A stretch of 64,000 nucleotides of DNA from Hydrolagus colliei (taxonomy: Eukaryota). This document shows, piece by piece, positions 14,831 through 27,214 of this stretch; position 1 is the first letter of the stretch, and every line of letters begins with the position of its first letter. The notes under the pieces are model-generated. The model had not been told where the DNA came from and did not search any database. It saw only the letters and a program-made list of their open reading frames with translations. The position numbers and the translations under genes are program-made. Location: contig CM068754.1 of assembly GCA_035084275.1 (NCBI GenBank), positions 8,308,001-8,372,000 of the forward strand. Reading direction: 5' to 3'.

Positions 14831-14879
14831 GTTTCTTGTTTGTCTGACTGTATATTATGTGGGCAAAAGTGACTTTATG

Positions 14880-15033
14880 ACCCGATTTCCCTACGGCAAA
14901 TGGAACTGCCATTTCATCTTCCTATGCACATGCACAGTGACTGCAGAACAACTGACTGGCAATCATTCTCTGTTATAGCACTGCTCAGAATTGTGAGGAT
15001 CCCATCTATTGCATTACAATAGGGACTCCACTG
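14880..15033. mobile_element. Possible right-end fragment of another Tigger-type MITE
   Basis: Ends ...atagggactccactg|ta (CAGTGGAGTCCC-type TIR plus TA). No left end seen. Confidence 0.35.
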
Positions 15034-15339
15034 TAGCTAACGCACCTTTGACAATGCCACGAATGGAATTAACTCCGATAATGAAACTATACAAATCACC
15101 AGAAATGAAGCCCAAATTGCCATCACAATCAACAGTGGCCATGGTGCTGACACAGGCTAGATCAACTCAGTAAAAGGATCCAACTGTTTCACCTGGAACA
15201 GGCTGCACAAGAGAAAATACCACCGTGATTTGTATCCTGAGGTGAGGAAGTAGCTGTTGCCGAGGAAGTAGCTGTTGCCACTAAAATAGCCAGCTCAAGG
15301 ATAAAGTTACAATTTGACCCTCCTGGAGCTGAGCTTCCT

Positions 15340-17205
15340 CAGGAATTAGAATAAACATAAGAATCTGCATAGAACCTAGAGGTTTCTCTTCAAAGGAGAA
15401 ATCACTATCCCATGGCTATGAACGATTACCAGAGCTAAGCTGTGCAAAAGTATTCAGTGGCTTGCATGCAAAAAATATTTGAATCGAAAAGTGTTCCTGT
15501 CTTACCAGGATTAATATTCCATTTGCCCGATGCGGTTGGCTGCCTATAGCCTTTAGTTTATACCAGAGGGATTTTAATGCAGGGAGGATCAAACAATAGA
15601 AAAAATGCCAAGTGTGAAGACTATTGCTGGCAACATATTGGTGATGTTGACATAGTAGAAAAACTCACGAGAGACTGTGATCAGCTCGGAGCACTCATAG
15701 GCAGATGGCACAAGAAGCATCTGAAATATAATTAAGCTGAAAGAATTTCAATTTCTTTGGAGCATTTTATACCAAAACCTAGCAATGGGAACCATAGTAG
15801 GTCACATTTGTCAGTCTAACCTATCGTGGTAAATGTACTCCAGCCCCAAAACATCGACTATATTTATTATTAAATAAGATTAATTGAATTTGCAACTTGA
15901 CTCGGTTCTTTTTGCCTCAACGTTGTGCTGTGTGTGAGCAACTATAAAAACAGATGCTTAAGGGCGCAGGATAGGGTTAGTTACACTTTTGTGTCCGAAG
16001 AATAGGGCAGAATGCAACTTACAGTGAAGATTCGCAAATAGTGGAAAAACTAACCTCAAAAAAAGGTCTGTGAGCATCACTACCAGCTGCCAACAAGGGC
16101 AAAGCCTGGAGCTTGCCATACCAAGTCGGGAAAAAAAAACCTCCTAGTAAAATTTAGTGTAGATGAGTTGATCAATGGAATATATATATATATATATATA
16201 TATATATGACAGACCAGAAACTGTACAGTTTGCAAGCTCTTAGAAACTGCAGAGCAGAAACCTGCTCATCATATTCCAAACAGCTGCAAAGGATTTAACA
16301 GGACTCCAGATGTAATGACAGGTCTATCAGTCAGGAAAACAGATGCAGCTTGCTGATGCTTTCAGCATAGCATATTTACCCCATAGCTTCAAGGAAAAGC
16401 TACAAGAAGAGTCTGAGACAGTTAATATGATAGGTCTGTCTATTGCTGAGCTGCGACAGAGATATTGAGTCCAATCCTGGCAAGAGATAAAGCTCCTCAG
16501 ATTCTGAAAATAACCTTCTGATGGGTTGGTCACAATGTGAGGAAGTGATCTGAGCTCCTGACACTCCAATTGCTCACTTAAACATGAACTCAGTTTCACA
16601 AAATTCATGAGATTAAACCCTTGCCAAGAAAAGAGCACCTCCCCATCAGTAAACAACACTCATGTAATGTTTTCAAACAGGCAAAGTACTCAATGCACAT
16701 TATAGGGTAGTGTAGCTGCTATACCTTGTAATTTTAAGTTGCATTCACTGATATTAGTCCTGAACTGAAGAAAGCATGTGAATCTTGTACAACTTTTGTT
16801 TAAATACATTTGGGCGAGGGTGGAAACAAAATTCACCATTGATTGAAACACCAAGTGTTTCACTTCATCACCAGAGTGTCAATAGAGCAAAGAAATGGCA
16901 GAGCAAAGGGTCCCAGGCCAGGATTCAAAGATCTCTTGAGCAATGAGAAACTAGCAAAGTAAGATACAGTACCAAGATAGCATTGCTGGATTATAGCAAC
17001 ACACGGGAAAGAAGGAGGTTGATGAATGGTCAACAAAAGACACCCTGTGCCTCAACATTCTGACACAGCAAGTTCAAAGTGAAGCATCAATACAGAGAGA
17101 ACAGCATATCTGTTCAAGAAGGTGTGATGAATCAAGCTTATAAAGAACTGTGACAAGAGCAGGAAGTATGTTTAACAGACCAGCTTACCTGGAAGATTTT
17201 GCTAT
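15340..17205 (+). pseudogene. Decayed Ty3/Gypsy LTR-retrotransposon pol (RT-RNaseH-integrase)
   Basis: Frameshifted motifs in order: IRICIEPR (15357), RRNHYPM, LPELSCAKVFSGLHAKN (15426), NIPFARCGWLPIAFSL, PSVKTIAGNILV (15608, decayed xADD), GKQMQLADAFSIAYLP (16334), TSSPECQ*SKEMAE (16862), ALLDYSNT (16980), RPAYLEDF (~17180). Confidence 0.8.
16179..16207. repeat. (TA)n microsatellite
   Basis: Direct inspection. Confidence 0.95.
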
Positions 17206-17877
17206 TTTGTGATTTATTGCTTATTGACCCCTTTTCACTTGGTAATGCTGAGCTTTTCAAGGACATTGGGGAAAAAAATTGGAGAGGAAGCAAGGAAACA
17301 AACCAGACATGACATAGAATGGTGAAGCAGCCGATGATGAGCGGGGATGTAGAGCCTGAAACAGCACCATCTGATGCTTTCCTGAAGGCAAGTAATTTGG
17401 TGCTATGTAAACTGAGCAGCTAAGTCCTTTGTGTGTGTTTATCAGTCCAATCTTCTTGGAAGCTGGAGAAGGAAACGGCAAGTCTGCCATTTTGTTGTAA
17501 ATAAATGTGCCCTGACTCTTTGGCCTTACAAAGAACCAGAAACACAGGGTGAGTCCACTTTAACCAGATAAATTTGTTGTTTGCCATTTTAATCTTGTTC
17601 TTGTGATAGTTGGGCACAGGTCTACTACTGAGGAGAATTGCCCTCAATTACACACCTGTCAACAATATCTCAGAGAAACCTCTACCAGGTTAAATCTGAA
17701 GCTTTCTACAGTATATGGTTCAATTTGATAAAGATATTGTCTGGACGTGAAACTAAGGTTTGCTGGTCAATATGTCCCAGGTTCAACGTGTGTGGAATTT
17801 GTTGACCTCAACCAGAACATTACTGCAGCACCAAATTTTGCGTCTCCAGGAAAGCAATAGAATGGTTTAGAATAGTT

Positions 17878-18153
17878 TCAAAACGAAGTAGAGGGGAGCT
17901 GAGGAGAAATGTTTTCACTCAGCGGGTTGTTCGAATCTGGAATACATTGCCTGAAAAGGTGGTGGAGGCAGATTCCACAACAGCTTTTAAAAGGGAACTA
18001 GATCTTTATTTAGGGAGAACAGGTCTTTTAGGTTATGGGGAGAGAGTGGGGCAGTGGGATTGAGTTGTTCTGTTCAAAGAGCCAGCACAGACTAGATGGG
18101 CCGAATGGCCTCCTTTAGTGCCGTATAATTCTATGAATCTATGATTCTATGAA
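17878..18153 (+). mobile_element. CR1 LINE 3' end (ORF2 C-terminus, 3'UTR, tail)
   Basis: Translates KRSRGELRRNVFTQRVVRIWNTLPEKVVEADSTTAFKRELD. Has gatgggccgaatggcctcc and an (ATTCTATG)n tail. Confidence 0.9.
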
Positions 18154-20769
18154 TATTGCATGAATGAGCAAAGAGAAGGGGGAAAAGTTACATTGTATGG
18201 CCTAATAGAGAATGGCTTGTGGACATTGCTATCCTGCATGTACTACTCCAATCTATTGTACAAAGCAACTCTGATATTTATTAATCAGATAAAAGATTAC
18301 ATTTAATTCTTTTAAATGAGATATCTAATCTGCTTCATTCCTCGCTGCTGCTAACTTAATTAAGGATACTGAACAAATGAATAGAGAATACCAAACAAAT
18401 TTTCTCACACAAAATAAAAAATCTCAAGACACAATCCATATGACAAACTTCAGCTGGGTGAGTACTGATTATTGCGTTAACTGATCAAATCCAAAGCATT
18501 GAACATAGCCACTACCATTAGGAGCAGCATCCTTGAGCCAAGAAGAAAAATCAAGCATGGTTTCTGCTCACTATTACAATAATAATCCTTGCATTTGATA
18601 TAGCGCCAGTGATTCCTGATGGAAGTATGCATTGTGCTTTGATGTGATATCCCAACAGCAATAGTGGCCAACCTTGATTGAATATTTCTTAATTTATGCC
18701 ATAAATTCGATCAAGGAGAAAATGCAAACATGCTATCGATCAAACACAGACTTACCTAGTGTGTGAATGTTCGAAGGGGCTGTTTCTTGCTGGCCCCGTG
18801 GGCCACAGGTCAGAAACCACTGCCCTATAGTTTAATAACGTCTGAGGGAAGGAATTGTCCTGTATTGGGCTCGCCTTTATTTGCTGGCTTACATTGTTTG
18901 GACGCGGTGAACAACGGATCAATCAAGGTGTGTGGATGTCAACCGACAGCTTATCTATGATGACTCCATTGTAGAAGCCTGGTTATCACTCACAGTTCAG
19001 GCCATCTTCGTGATTGCCACCTCAAGTATGGCAGCAGAGGGTTGCTGATGTTGTGGCAATGCCATTCATTTCCTTCACAAGAGTAGCAAAAAAACAATTG
19101 GAAAAGGAAAATGATTCACCACAATTATCCCTTGACATCTGCTTTACGTGTTAAATTGCAGAATCATGCTTTAAACAGTGCCAACTGAATAATAACTCCA
19201 TCCAACACAGAATGTCCTGAGAATAATATTTCACAATTTAAGACTTCTACCTAGCAATTATTCAACACTATTTCCTTGGCTACACAGATATAGAGGAAGC
19301 TTAGTGCAGTCCCTCCATGCTTTCCACATCCTCTTGCTTTAATAACTAGGGACAAAAATGTAATATTGAAGGTACAAGAGAGCTTCAAATAAAGAATGTC
19401 GTTGGTGTGTCATCCATTAGTGCAGTCCAGGATTACATTACAGTGATGGGCACCTTTGTAAAATTACACTATTGTGTCTCATCAACTGAGCTGTCTGAGG
19501 CTACATGATCAAAGCATTAGGGAGCATGATGAGAAATATTGTAATCTGAAAAGTGCATTAAAACAAATCTACATAACATGCTACAACAATCCCATGAGTG
19601 ACATGTCTGAATGCTTCATTCTCAACTCTACTCCCTAACAAACCCCAAGGTTCCTGATTTAAGAAGCTAAAACTGAGCTTGCTACCTCAGTGTAAAGCCT
19701 ATGGTTCATAGATATCCAATTTGCCTGATACTGCGTTAATGAGCAACTTAATCCGAATGCCTGTACATCCACAACAGGCCACAATATGTAAAGATTGATA
19801 TTCACGCAGAGTGAAATTATGCTTAAAATGCCTTCGCTTAATCTTTTAAACCTCGATAATTAAATAACAGATTTTTGGAAAGCGCTGCAACATTTGGATA
19901 AAAATGTTGCAATAATATTGTATTCACCTTCATGATTCCCACATGGTTTTTGGAGAAATTCTTAAGATCAATATTTTACATTCAGTTGAAGAATTATAAG
20001 GCTCTGCCATATAATATCATAGAGGAGTTTCTGTGTTAACAGAACTCCTGGGATTTTAAGAGTGTTTTAATTTGTGTTAAATGTCATTTATATGTATACC
20101 GAGTTCAAAGTTTTCCATTTTTTTAAAAAAGATGACAATATTATAATTACTGTGTTTAGACGAGTGATGGACCAGAGTTTTGCATCCTCACTTCACTGCA
20201 AATGTGGTATTTATTACAGATTGCACCTTTTATGTTCCAAATGTACAATAGGGAGCTTTACATCAAATGTGAATGAGTCCGACTGTAGGCAATATTTATA
20301 CGTAATGACATTGGACCCTCAATTGGAGAGAAAGAAAATTGGCTGCCAATTAACTCAGGTGGAGATGATCACAACGTCCTTCCAAAACCACACTGGCATG
20401 AAACTACCTCAAGAGTGGCACATTTTCACACTGCTTTGAGATTGGCACCTTTAATTTGCAGGTTTTAGACCGCCAAGTACGTACTGCAATGCAGTCAGCT
20501 ACCAAATTCATCTAAAGGGAATACTAAACCCAGTTTTACACATTTCTGCAGCAAAAAAACACATATGAATCTTGATATCAGTTTCTGGCACCAGCTCGAT
20601 CCTCCATTTGTAAAAACAAGTGAGTCTTGAAGCCACAATGTTCAGCAGGAACAATGCAGCAGGGTCCCAATCCCAACTGGGATTGGAAAAATTAGAGGAT
20701 TTTTTAATGGGAACTTCTCCCTTCACACAAGGCATTCTTTGCTGGGGGTCACTGTTCGTGCAGTGATGG

Positions 20770-21060
20770 ACCTTTCCAGAATAGTTGGCACTGAATTTGC
20801 TGGTCTGAACCAGGGAGGCTACATTGACGCCTGTGTTCCCCAGAACAGGGAAAGGAAAATCAGCCGGGGTCCCTGCTCCTGATCTTTGTATAGCTCAACG
20901 TCATGGTCGCGTGCTTGTGTGGCAACTAATCCGGGAGCTGTCAGACTCAGTTGTGGCACTTTCTAGTCGAGTGGCTTATCGACACTCACTGCCAAGGCTC
21001 ACATGGGCAGATTACCGAAGGGTAGCCAGCGCCTGAGGAAATGTACCCAAACATGAGGAG
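20770..21060 (+). mobile_element. Ancient SINE resembling AmnSINE2
   Basis: ggaaaatcagccggggtccctgctcctgatc...tcgacactcactgccaaggctcacatg. Related pieces at ~11660-11780, ~22720-22960 and ~23230-23400 (+). Family name is from memory. Confidence 0.55.
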
Positions 21061-21629
21061 GCGAGACTTTGTGGCTGGCAGCAGCACATTCCTTACCGGT
21101 GGGAAAACTCCTGAAAGCCAACAATTGGAACAAGGTGTAACTGGCCTGTATGAGACAGGTGTGAACGCATCAACTGTTCAACACTGTGGCAGCCAAAAAG
21201 CATGCCTGACCCTGCCAGAGAACCCATTTGTTCAGACAACTCGGGGGTGGCAAATGCAACGTAGGATTTAGTCCAAAAAGACATTTGCGTTTTTACTTAG
21301 AAGTCTCAAACCAGCATAGTTGCAATTGTGTGAACCTGGCATTACGATACTGTGTTCATCTTACAGAATTAATATCCAGATTGGCGATGACTTGGAATCT
21401 ATCCTTTCAATATCGAAGCACAAAACCCAGCAACCTCAGAACAATTCTGCAGGCGTAAGCTCACATGAGAAGAGTTGTTTTAACGTTACATTGCGTTGTC
21501 AGGTCAGACATCACAGAGCTCCATAGTTGGTAATTGCAGGTGGACTAGTCATGTGAGGCCACCAGGTGCCTGCACAAGCTTCCAAAAGTTGTTTACATTT
21601 GAGGGTTTCAATGTTCCTGCCACTAAGAT

Positions 21630-21940
21630 GACGTCGGCTTGGCTCAATTTTTTAGAAGGTTGTGGCTTCAAGCCCATTATTGAGACCCAGGCTCACTATC
21701 CATGCTGGCACTCCAATGCGGAACTGGGAAGGTCCCATCCTCCAAACGAGTCTTCAAAACCAAGCTCTCACTTGCTTTTTCGGGTGGATGTTAAAGATCC
21801 TGAAATTCATAATGGAAAGGGAGGTTCTCCCAAGGTTTTGGCCAACAGTCCTCCAATAAAATTACCATTCACCTACTTCACAGCTTTTTCAGATACATTT
21901 CTGTCCCTACAGGCACTATATTTGATAGCATTTGTCCTGT
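21630..21940 (+). mobile_element. Deu-domain SINE, degenerate
   Basis: gtcggcttggctcaa...gggtggatgttaaagatcc...gggaggttctccc. Confidence 0.55.
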
Positions 21941-22981
21941 AAATGATGTCATGATGAGGGACGGTAGGGTGGGTGTTTTGAAGAGATGAAATGGGATGGG
22001 CTGAAAGGCCTTCTTCATCCAGACCAATCTTGTGTCCTTGTCAATTAGCTACCAAATGCTTCGAGAGGGTTGAATAACATAAGCAATAGCTCATGTGCAG
22101 GGAATATAATGATTATTATTAGCTTCTCATTTCACCAAAATCCTGCTCATCATGGGATTGTTCTAGATTGGACTCGTTGTCATAGAACCCATGAAATCAC
22201 TAAACCTCTCTCCAATTCACTGCTTTAACAAAAAACATCTCCTGTTTTAGGTCCATTGTGAGGATCAAAGGAAAGTCTTTATTTCATATTCCAACAAGTC
22301 AGAATGTTTAAGTCGGTCTACGTGATAACCAGTCTCAATACCATGAATCACTTACATGTGAACATCCTGGCTATTGAGTTCACCCTGTCATTCCCAATTT
22401 GTAATTCTTCTCCTCCTCTCAATTTTTTATACTACTTCTCTTGGTTCCCATCTCCTTTAATTTACACTTCATAGGATTTTATTTTTTTGATTTCCAGTTT
22501 GATCCCTGTGCCTAAAGTTTTTATATAAACTCAATTATTGCTTTAACCAATTTTGTGGCTTATAATAAATGAAAATTTGTGTTTGACAAGAAGCAGCTGT
22601 TGTAAATGCTTCACTTTTGATGCTCAGAGTACAATTTCCTTCCATAATCATTCTTGTACATTGCGACTTCTTAATATAAACTATCCCCACTCACACTAGC
22701 CCTTCCCTCCCTATGCGCCCCCGTTTGTGCTGAGCTCTGTTTACGCAGCTGGAGTGCTGCTCCCCGGGTAAAGAAAGATAAATCAACCAGGGTGTGTTTC
22801 GGTAATCTGGCTCCCAATGCCTATCCAACATCCCCTGCTGGAAAGCGTGTATATGAGGAACAATGGACAAGGATAGGGGTTGGGCTCTACTATGGTGCGC
22901 TCAATACTCAAACAGCCCACCAGCGCTCACTATATTGGCTCCGAGTTAATTAATCTACCTTAAGGAAGGTAGATGCTTTAC

Positions 22982-23215
22982 ACAAAAACAAATATCGCTG
23001 GGAATATTCAGTGAGTCAGGCAGCATCTATGGAGAAAGGAAAAGTGAGTCAATGTTTCGGGTCCACGACCCTTCGCCAGTTCTGACAAAGGGTCGTGGAC
23101 CCAAAACGTTGACATGCTTTTTGTTTCTCCTTAGATGCTGCCTGACCTGCTGAGTGTTCCCAGTGATTTCTGTTTTTGTTTTAGATTTCCAGCATCTGCA
23201 GTGGTTTGCGTTGTT
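22982..23215 (+). mobile_element. Palindromic non-autonomous element with hammerhead-like motifs (Penelope-related), copy A
   Basis: Arms ~22982-23079 and 23082-23180 are inverted. TSD gtagatgctt(t/a)aca at 22969 and 23216. Contains ttctgacaaagggtcgtggaccc. Confidence 0.75.
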
Positions 23216-26200
23216 GTAGATGCTTAACAGTCGATCTGAGTGCCCTTGGGCTTGGAGGGGGGGGATCCTATTTCAGATTTCTATCCAGTGATCGCTGCTG
23301 GAACGTGTTCACATGTCCTTGTTAGATGAGTATAAGGCTTCTTGCAGGTGCAGAGCCCTAAAGCTATATTCCCTACGAACTCACTATCCAGCCTCAAGGT
23401 GAAGAACAGATAATACAATGTAATAGCAGAAGGTAACTGGTGTTTGAGGAACTTTTACCCAGGGTGAGTCAGTTCCTTGCCGAGTGCAATTTGGAATGGG
23501 GAAATAAACAAGGCTCTCCCGGGTACGTTCAGGGCCATTCATGCAACCAAATTGTCTGACTATGTAAATTTCAGTGAATTTCTGGCTCCTTCTGCAAAGA
23601 TACAACCCTCCTGTTACATAACATCGATTCAAACACCAAAAAAGTCTGCTCGAACATTAGTGTGATGCAAAGAATTTTAATGAAGAAATGATTTTTGCAC
23701 AACGCATAGAACATTAAATATATGCAAAATACAAATGAGGTACACAGCAATACCAAAAATACAGTAAACATATATATATATCAAAACGGATTTTAATTCA
23801 AATGAAAGAAATGGTACAAGCCTACTACTGCAGTTGAAATGCAGCTGGTTTATGCTGCATTGCAGTTCTTAGTTGAATTTACTATTGTTGCCTTTAATCG
23901 GTTCAATTGCAATCTGCTAACTTGAAATTACAGCCATGAGCATCCACATACACAAAAACAAGAGACGTACATTCCATACATCTTTGGAAATGTACAATGA
24001 GACTTTGCTATTACATACTCAAAAGGACCAAATATGCGGTTCTTTGAAGCTATATTATGCCTATACTGATAGAAATGGAACTTTCACCAGAATCAAGAAA
24101 ATCACTGTTCAATATGATAATCTTGTAATAGGTGAACTCATAATCATGACATTCTCATGTAAATTGGTTCAACATTGTGATACAGCATTAAAAAAAACAG
24201 CTCTTACAGAATGTTATAGAATGTCCCCGTACAAAATAAAAAAGCAACATTTGACTGATCTAAATATTTCCTCCCGCTGGCTAATGTGAAGACCATTAAA
24301 CGGAACACTGGGATTCAGTGATCCTGTTCCACTACCAGCAGCCTAAGTAATGCTACTCAAAATATTGTGTGAACGCTTTATAAGAGATGATATATGAAAA
24401 AAAATCTGAGTACCTTATTGTTTCAGGTCTGCAAAACGCTCCTGAAAGAATTTGTACGGTTATTCCTCACTGTCCAACCTATTGCGTGCAATCTGCTTTG
24501 TTTGATTTATTGCTGCAGAAAATAAAACATCTGTAATACTATAGATCTGTGGAAACACAGAAATAAGTAATTAATGCAGCCTGTAAAGACGCTCAGGATT
24601 TGTATTATTGAGAAAGAATCATAAAGCAAGCCCTTACGGCAACTTCCACTTATCTTCTATCATTTGCCTAGATTCATCAAAAATAGCAGTTTGGTCAAGA
24701 CATGAAGTCACTATTAACTGTGTAAGTCCAAGTACTGAAATAAGTTTCTAATGAAATGGAAAGAATATTAAATCTTGAAACTGGACCACATCAATATTGT
24801 GAGCTTTGCAAAGCAGCTTCGGGACCAGTGGAAGCAAAGTAACTGAGGGAACATCTTTAAATTGCTTTAAAACTAGTGCCTTGGCTCAATCAATTTTCAA
24901 TCATGCTTTCATTCCTAGATTGTGGCCCATTCCCTTCGCCCTCTCTGTACTAGTGGGAAGCTTACATTACTAAATGGGGAAATAATGCCGTCAGAGCCAT
25001 TTGAGGGGAAATCATTTTTCGGGACATAATAAACAAAACTCCAGATATATTCTCTCTATGTTAAAGTGAATGCAAATTTATAGCTTCCAATACAAACACC
25101 AAGAGAGACCAGTGCAGAATGTTTGGGGAGGAACCCTCCCACAATAAAATAAACCCACAATCTTTCGGTCATAAATGTGGGAAGCTTCATTTTTTTTTGC
25201 AAAAAAGCATACAAAAAGCATAATGCAAAAAATTATTTTGGCATCTATTACATTCAGTCATTCTTTGGGTATGTAAATGCACTCAAAGGACCGTATCAGT
25301 TGTGTCAGTAAATACAACTTGCCAACAGTTGCGTGTGGTGTGTAGCTGTTTGTGCAGTTTATTGACACGTTCCCCATGAAATCAGAATTATTTTTAATTT
25401 GCAGCTCAGTCAAACACCAGGAAGGCCACCAAGCACGTAATAGTACACTGAATTATATTCACGCCCCCCCCCCCCCCACCACCCCTGCACGTACACTAGT
25501 CATTCCAACCCCCTCTGCCCCAGTCACCCCGCCCCCCCCCACCCCCTCACCACACACACAAGCACATAAAGACAGGTAGCATAACGACTGAATCTCCGTG
25601 TGCTAACACATGGAAGGTCTGCAATTTTACTAAGTTTGCATTCACTCATCTTTGGGAAAGGGAAGATGCCGCAATTTAATATTTAACAGAGCAAATATTT
25701 CACCAAATGAAATTTCTATCAGCTCAGAGACAAACTGAATTAACTGCAGCTCAATAAAGTATAACAACAGGAGATCGATCATCCAGTCCTATGTATCTAA
25801 GCAGAAGTTCACTTCTCTTCCTCTCGAAACGAACAAGAACTAAAGGGAAAATGTGACTGAAAACTCAAATATGCCAAGCCACTCAAATTTGGATTGAAAA
25901 GAATGTACTGAAAGGAGAAGTACTTAGGAGACAAACAGTACAATGTGATTGACTTCAAGGAGATTGAATAATTAATTTGGTAGCAAAGCTTGGCTCCAAC
26001 ACCACTTTATTCGCCCACCAGAGTTAAACCGGTTTGAATGGAACAAAAAGCATTGTAATGTGGATTCAGAGAAATTTAGAAAGCCACATTTAAATAACAA
26101 ACATTTCAATGTTTGTTGTATACCGGCGGTGCCAGTTTCATTTGAGGTATTTGCATAATACTTTTGTCACCATTGAAATTTGAGACGACATTGCTGTAAC

Positions 26201-27196
26201 ATCTGTCAATCAGCACGTTTTCTGAAAGCATCCCTGTCAAACTTCATACTTTCAAGCAAGCGATCCTTAACCCTTTTTTTCGCCCCTCTGTTTCAGACTA
26301 TTTCTCATCAAAAGAAAACTCTTTTCCTGCTCTTGTTGCCATTGCTCCCCAATCCCAGCCAATCGTAGACACCCAGTCGCGAAAAAGAACCCGAGGTTTC
26401 CTCCCTTTCAAGGCTCCTATTATTTGCAAATATTTGTTTGATTTAAAAGGGTGGTGTCAAAAATAAAACATGAATACCTGCAAACATCCGTCTTGATGAT
26501 TCAGAAACCTGAGTCTCTAAACTAATGTCACATTTTAGGTGTGGATGATGCACATGTCTACTTGCCTGTGTAACACCACATACATATTCAACATCCATTT
26601 GCTTGTTCTTTTTAACAGGGTTGAGAAAAACCCCTGGCCCCTTCTCCCGAGAAATTCTGAACGAAAATTTACAGAACACTCCTTTCAAAATTTCATTTGT
26701 CTCATATAAGGGCAGTTGCCAAGACACAAGCAGTTTTATCGCAAACTGTTGTGTTTATTTCTGGTTTTGTTCTTCGACAATAAAGGAGTAGTGTTTCGCT
26801 GTGTAATGTGTGGTCTGTTCCTCCCTTCCTCACTGCCAGTGCCAAAAGTCTCTGAACAGGAACCAAAAGATCCATTTTGTACAGCCATACATTGCACCTG
26901 CACTACATCTCAAGATTCCTGTGCTCGCTACGACAAAGCATACTCGCGAGTGGCCCATCTCTACTCACAACTGCGGCAGCTTACGTACTTTGCAGCCAGG
27001 AAGTACTACAGTGCCACCTAGAGTCCTTTTTGCTGAAACAACCCACTCAGCAATAACCACCAGCTAAATGCCACTTCATTCTAATTTCTCTCAAACATTG
27101 ATGAATCACAAGCTGTTTACATTTATGTCAATGCCTCAGCCATGCATGACCATTCGGGCTTTAATCTTCCAAGACAAGATCTCTTGTGAGGGCCAG

Positions 27197-27214
27197 CTAG
27201 AATCTCTGCATTAC
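27197..27214 (-). CDS. pcdh11: Read-through C-terminus (VMQRF*) of a putative short pcdh11 isoform when the donor is skipped
   Basis: In-frame TAG 18 nt past the donor. Minus-strand AATAAA at 26754-26759, 26006-26011 and 25358-25363. Short intron-read-through isoforms are known for delta-1 protocadherins. Confidence 0.5.
   Translation of the reverse strand, partial: VMQRF

Noticed and set aside
22982-23180. Pre-miRNA or classical MITE interpretation of the long hairpin
   Set aside because: It is multi-copy with ~14 bp TSDs, its inverted repeats are non-terminal, and it has a hammerhead-like core.
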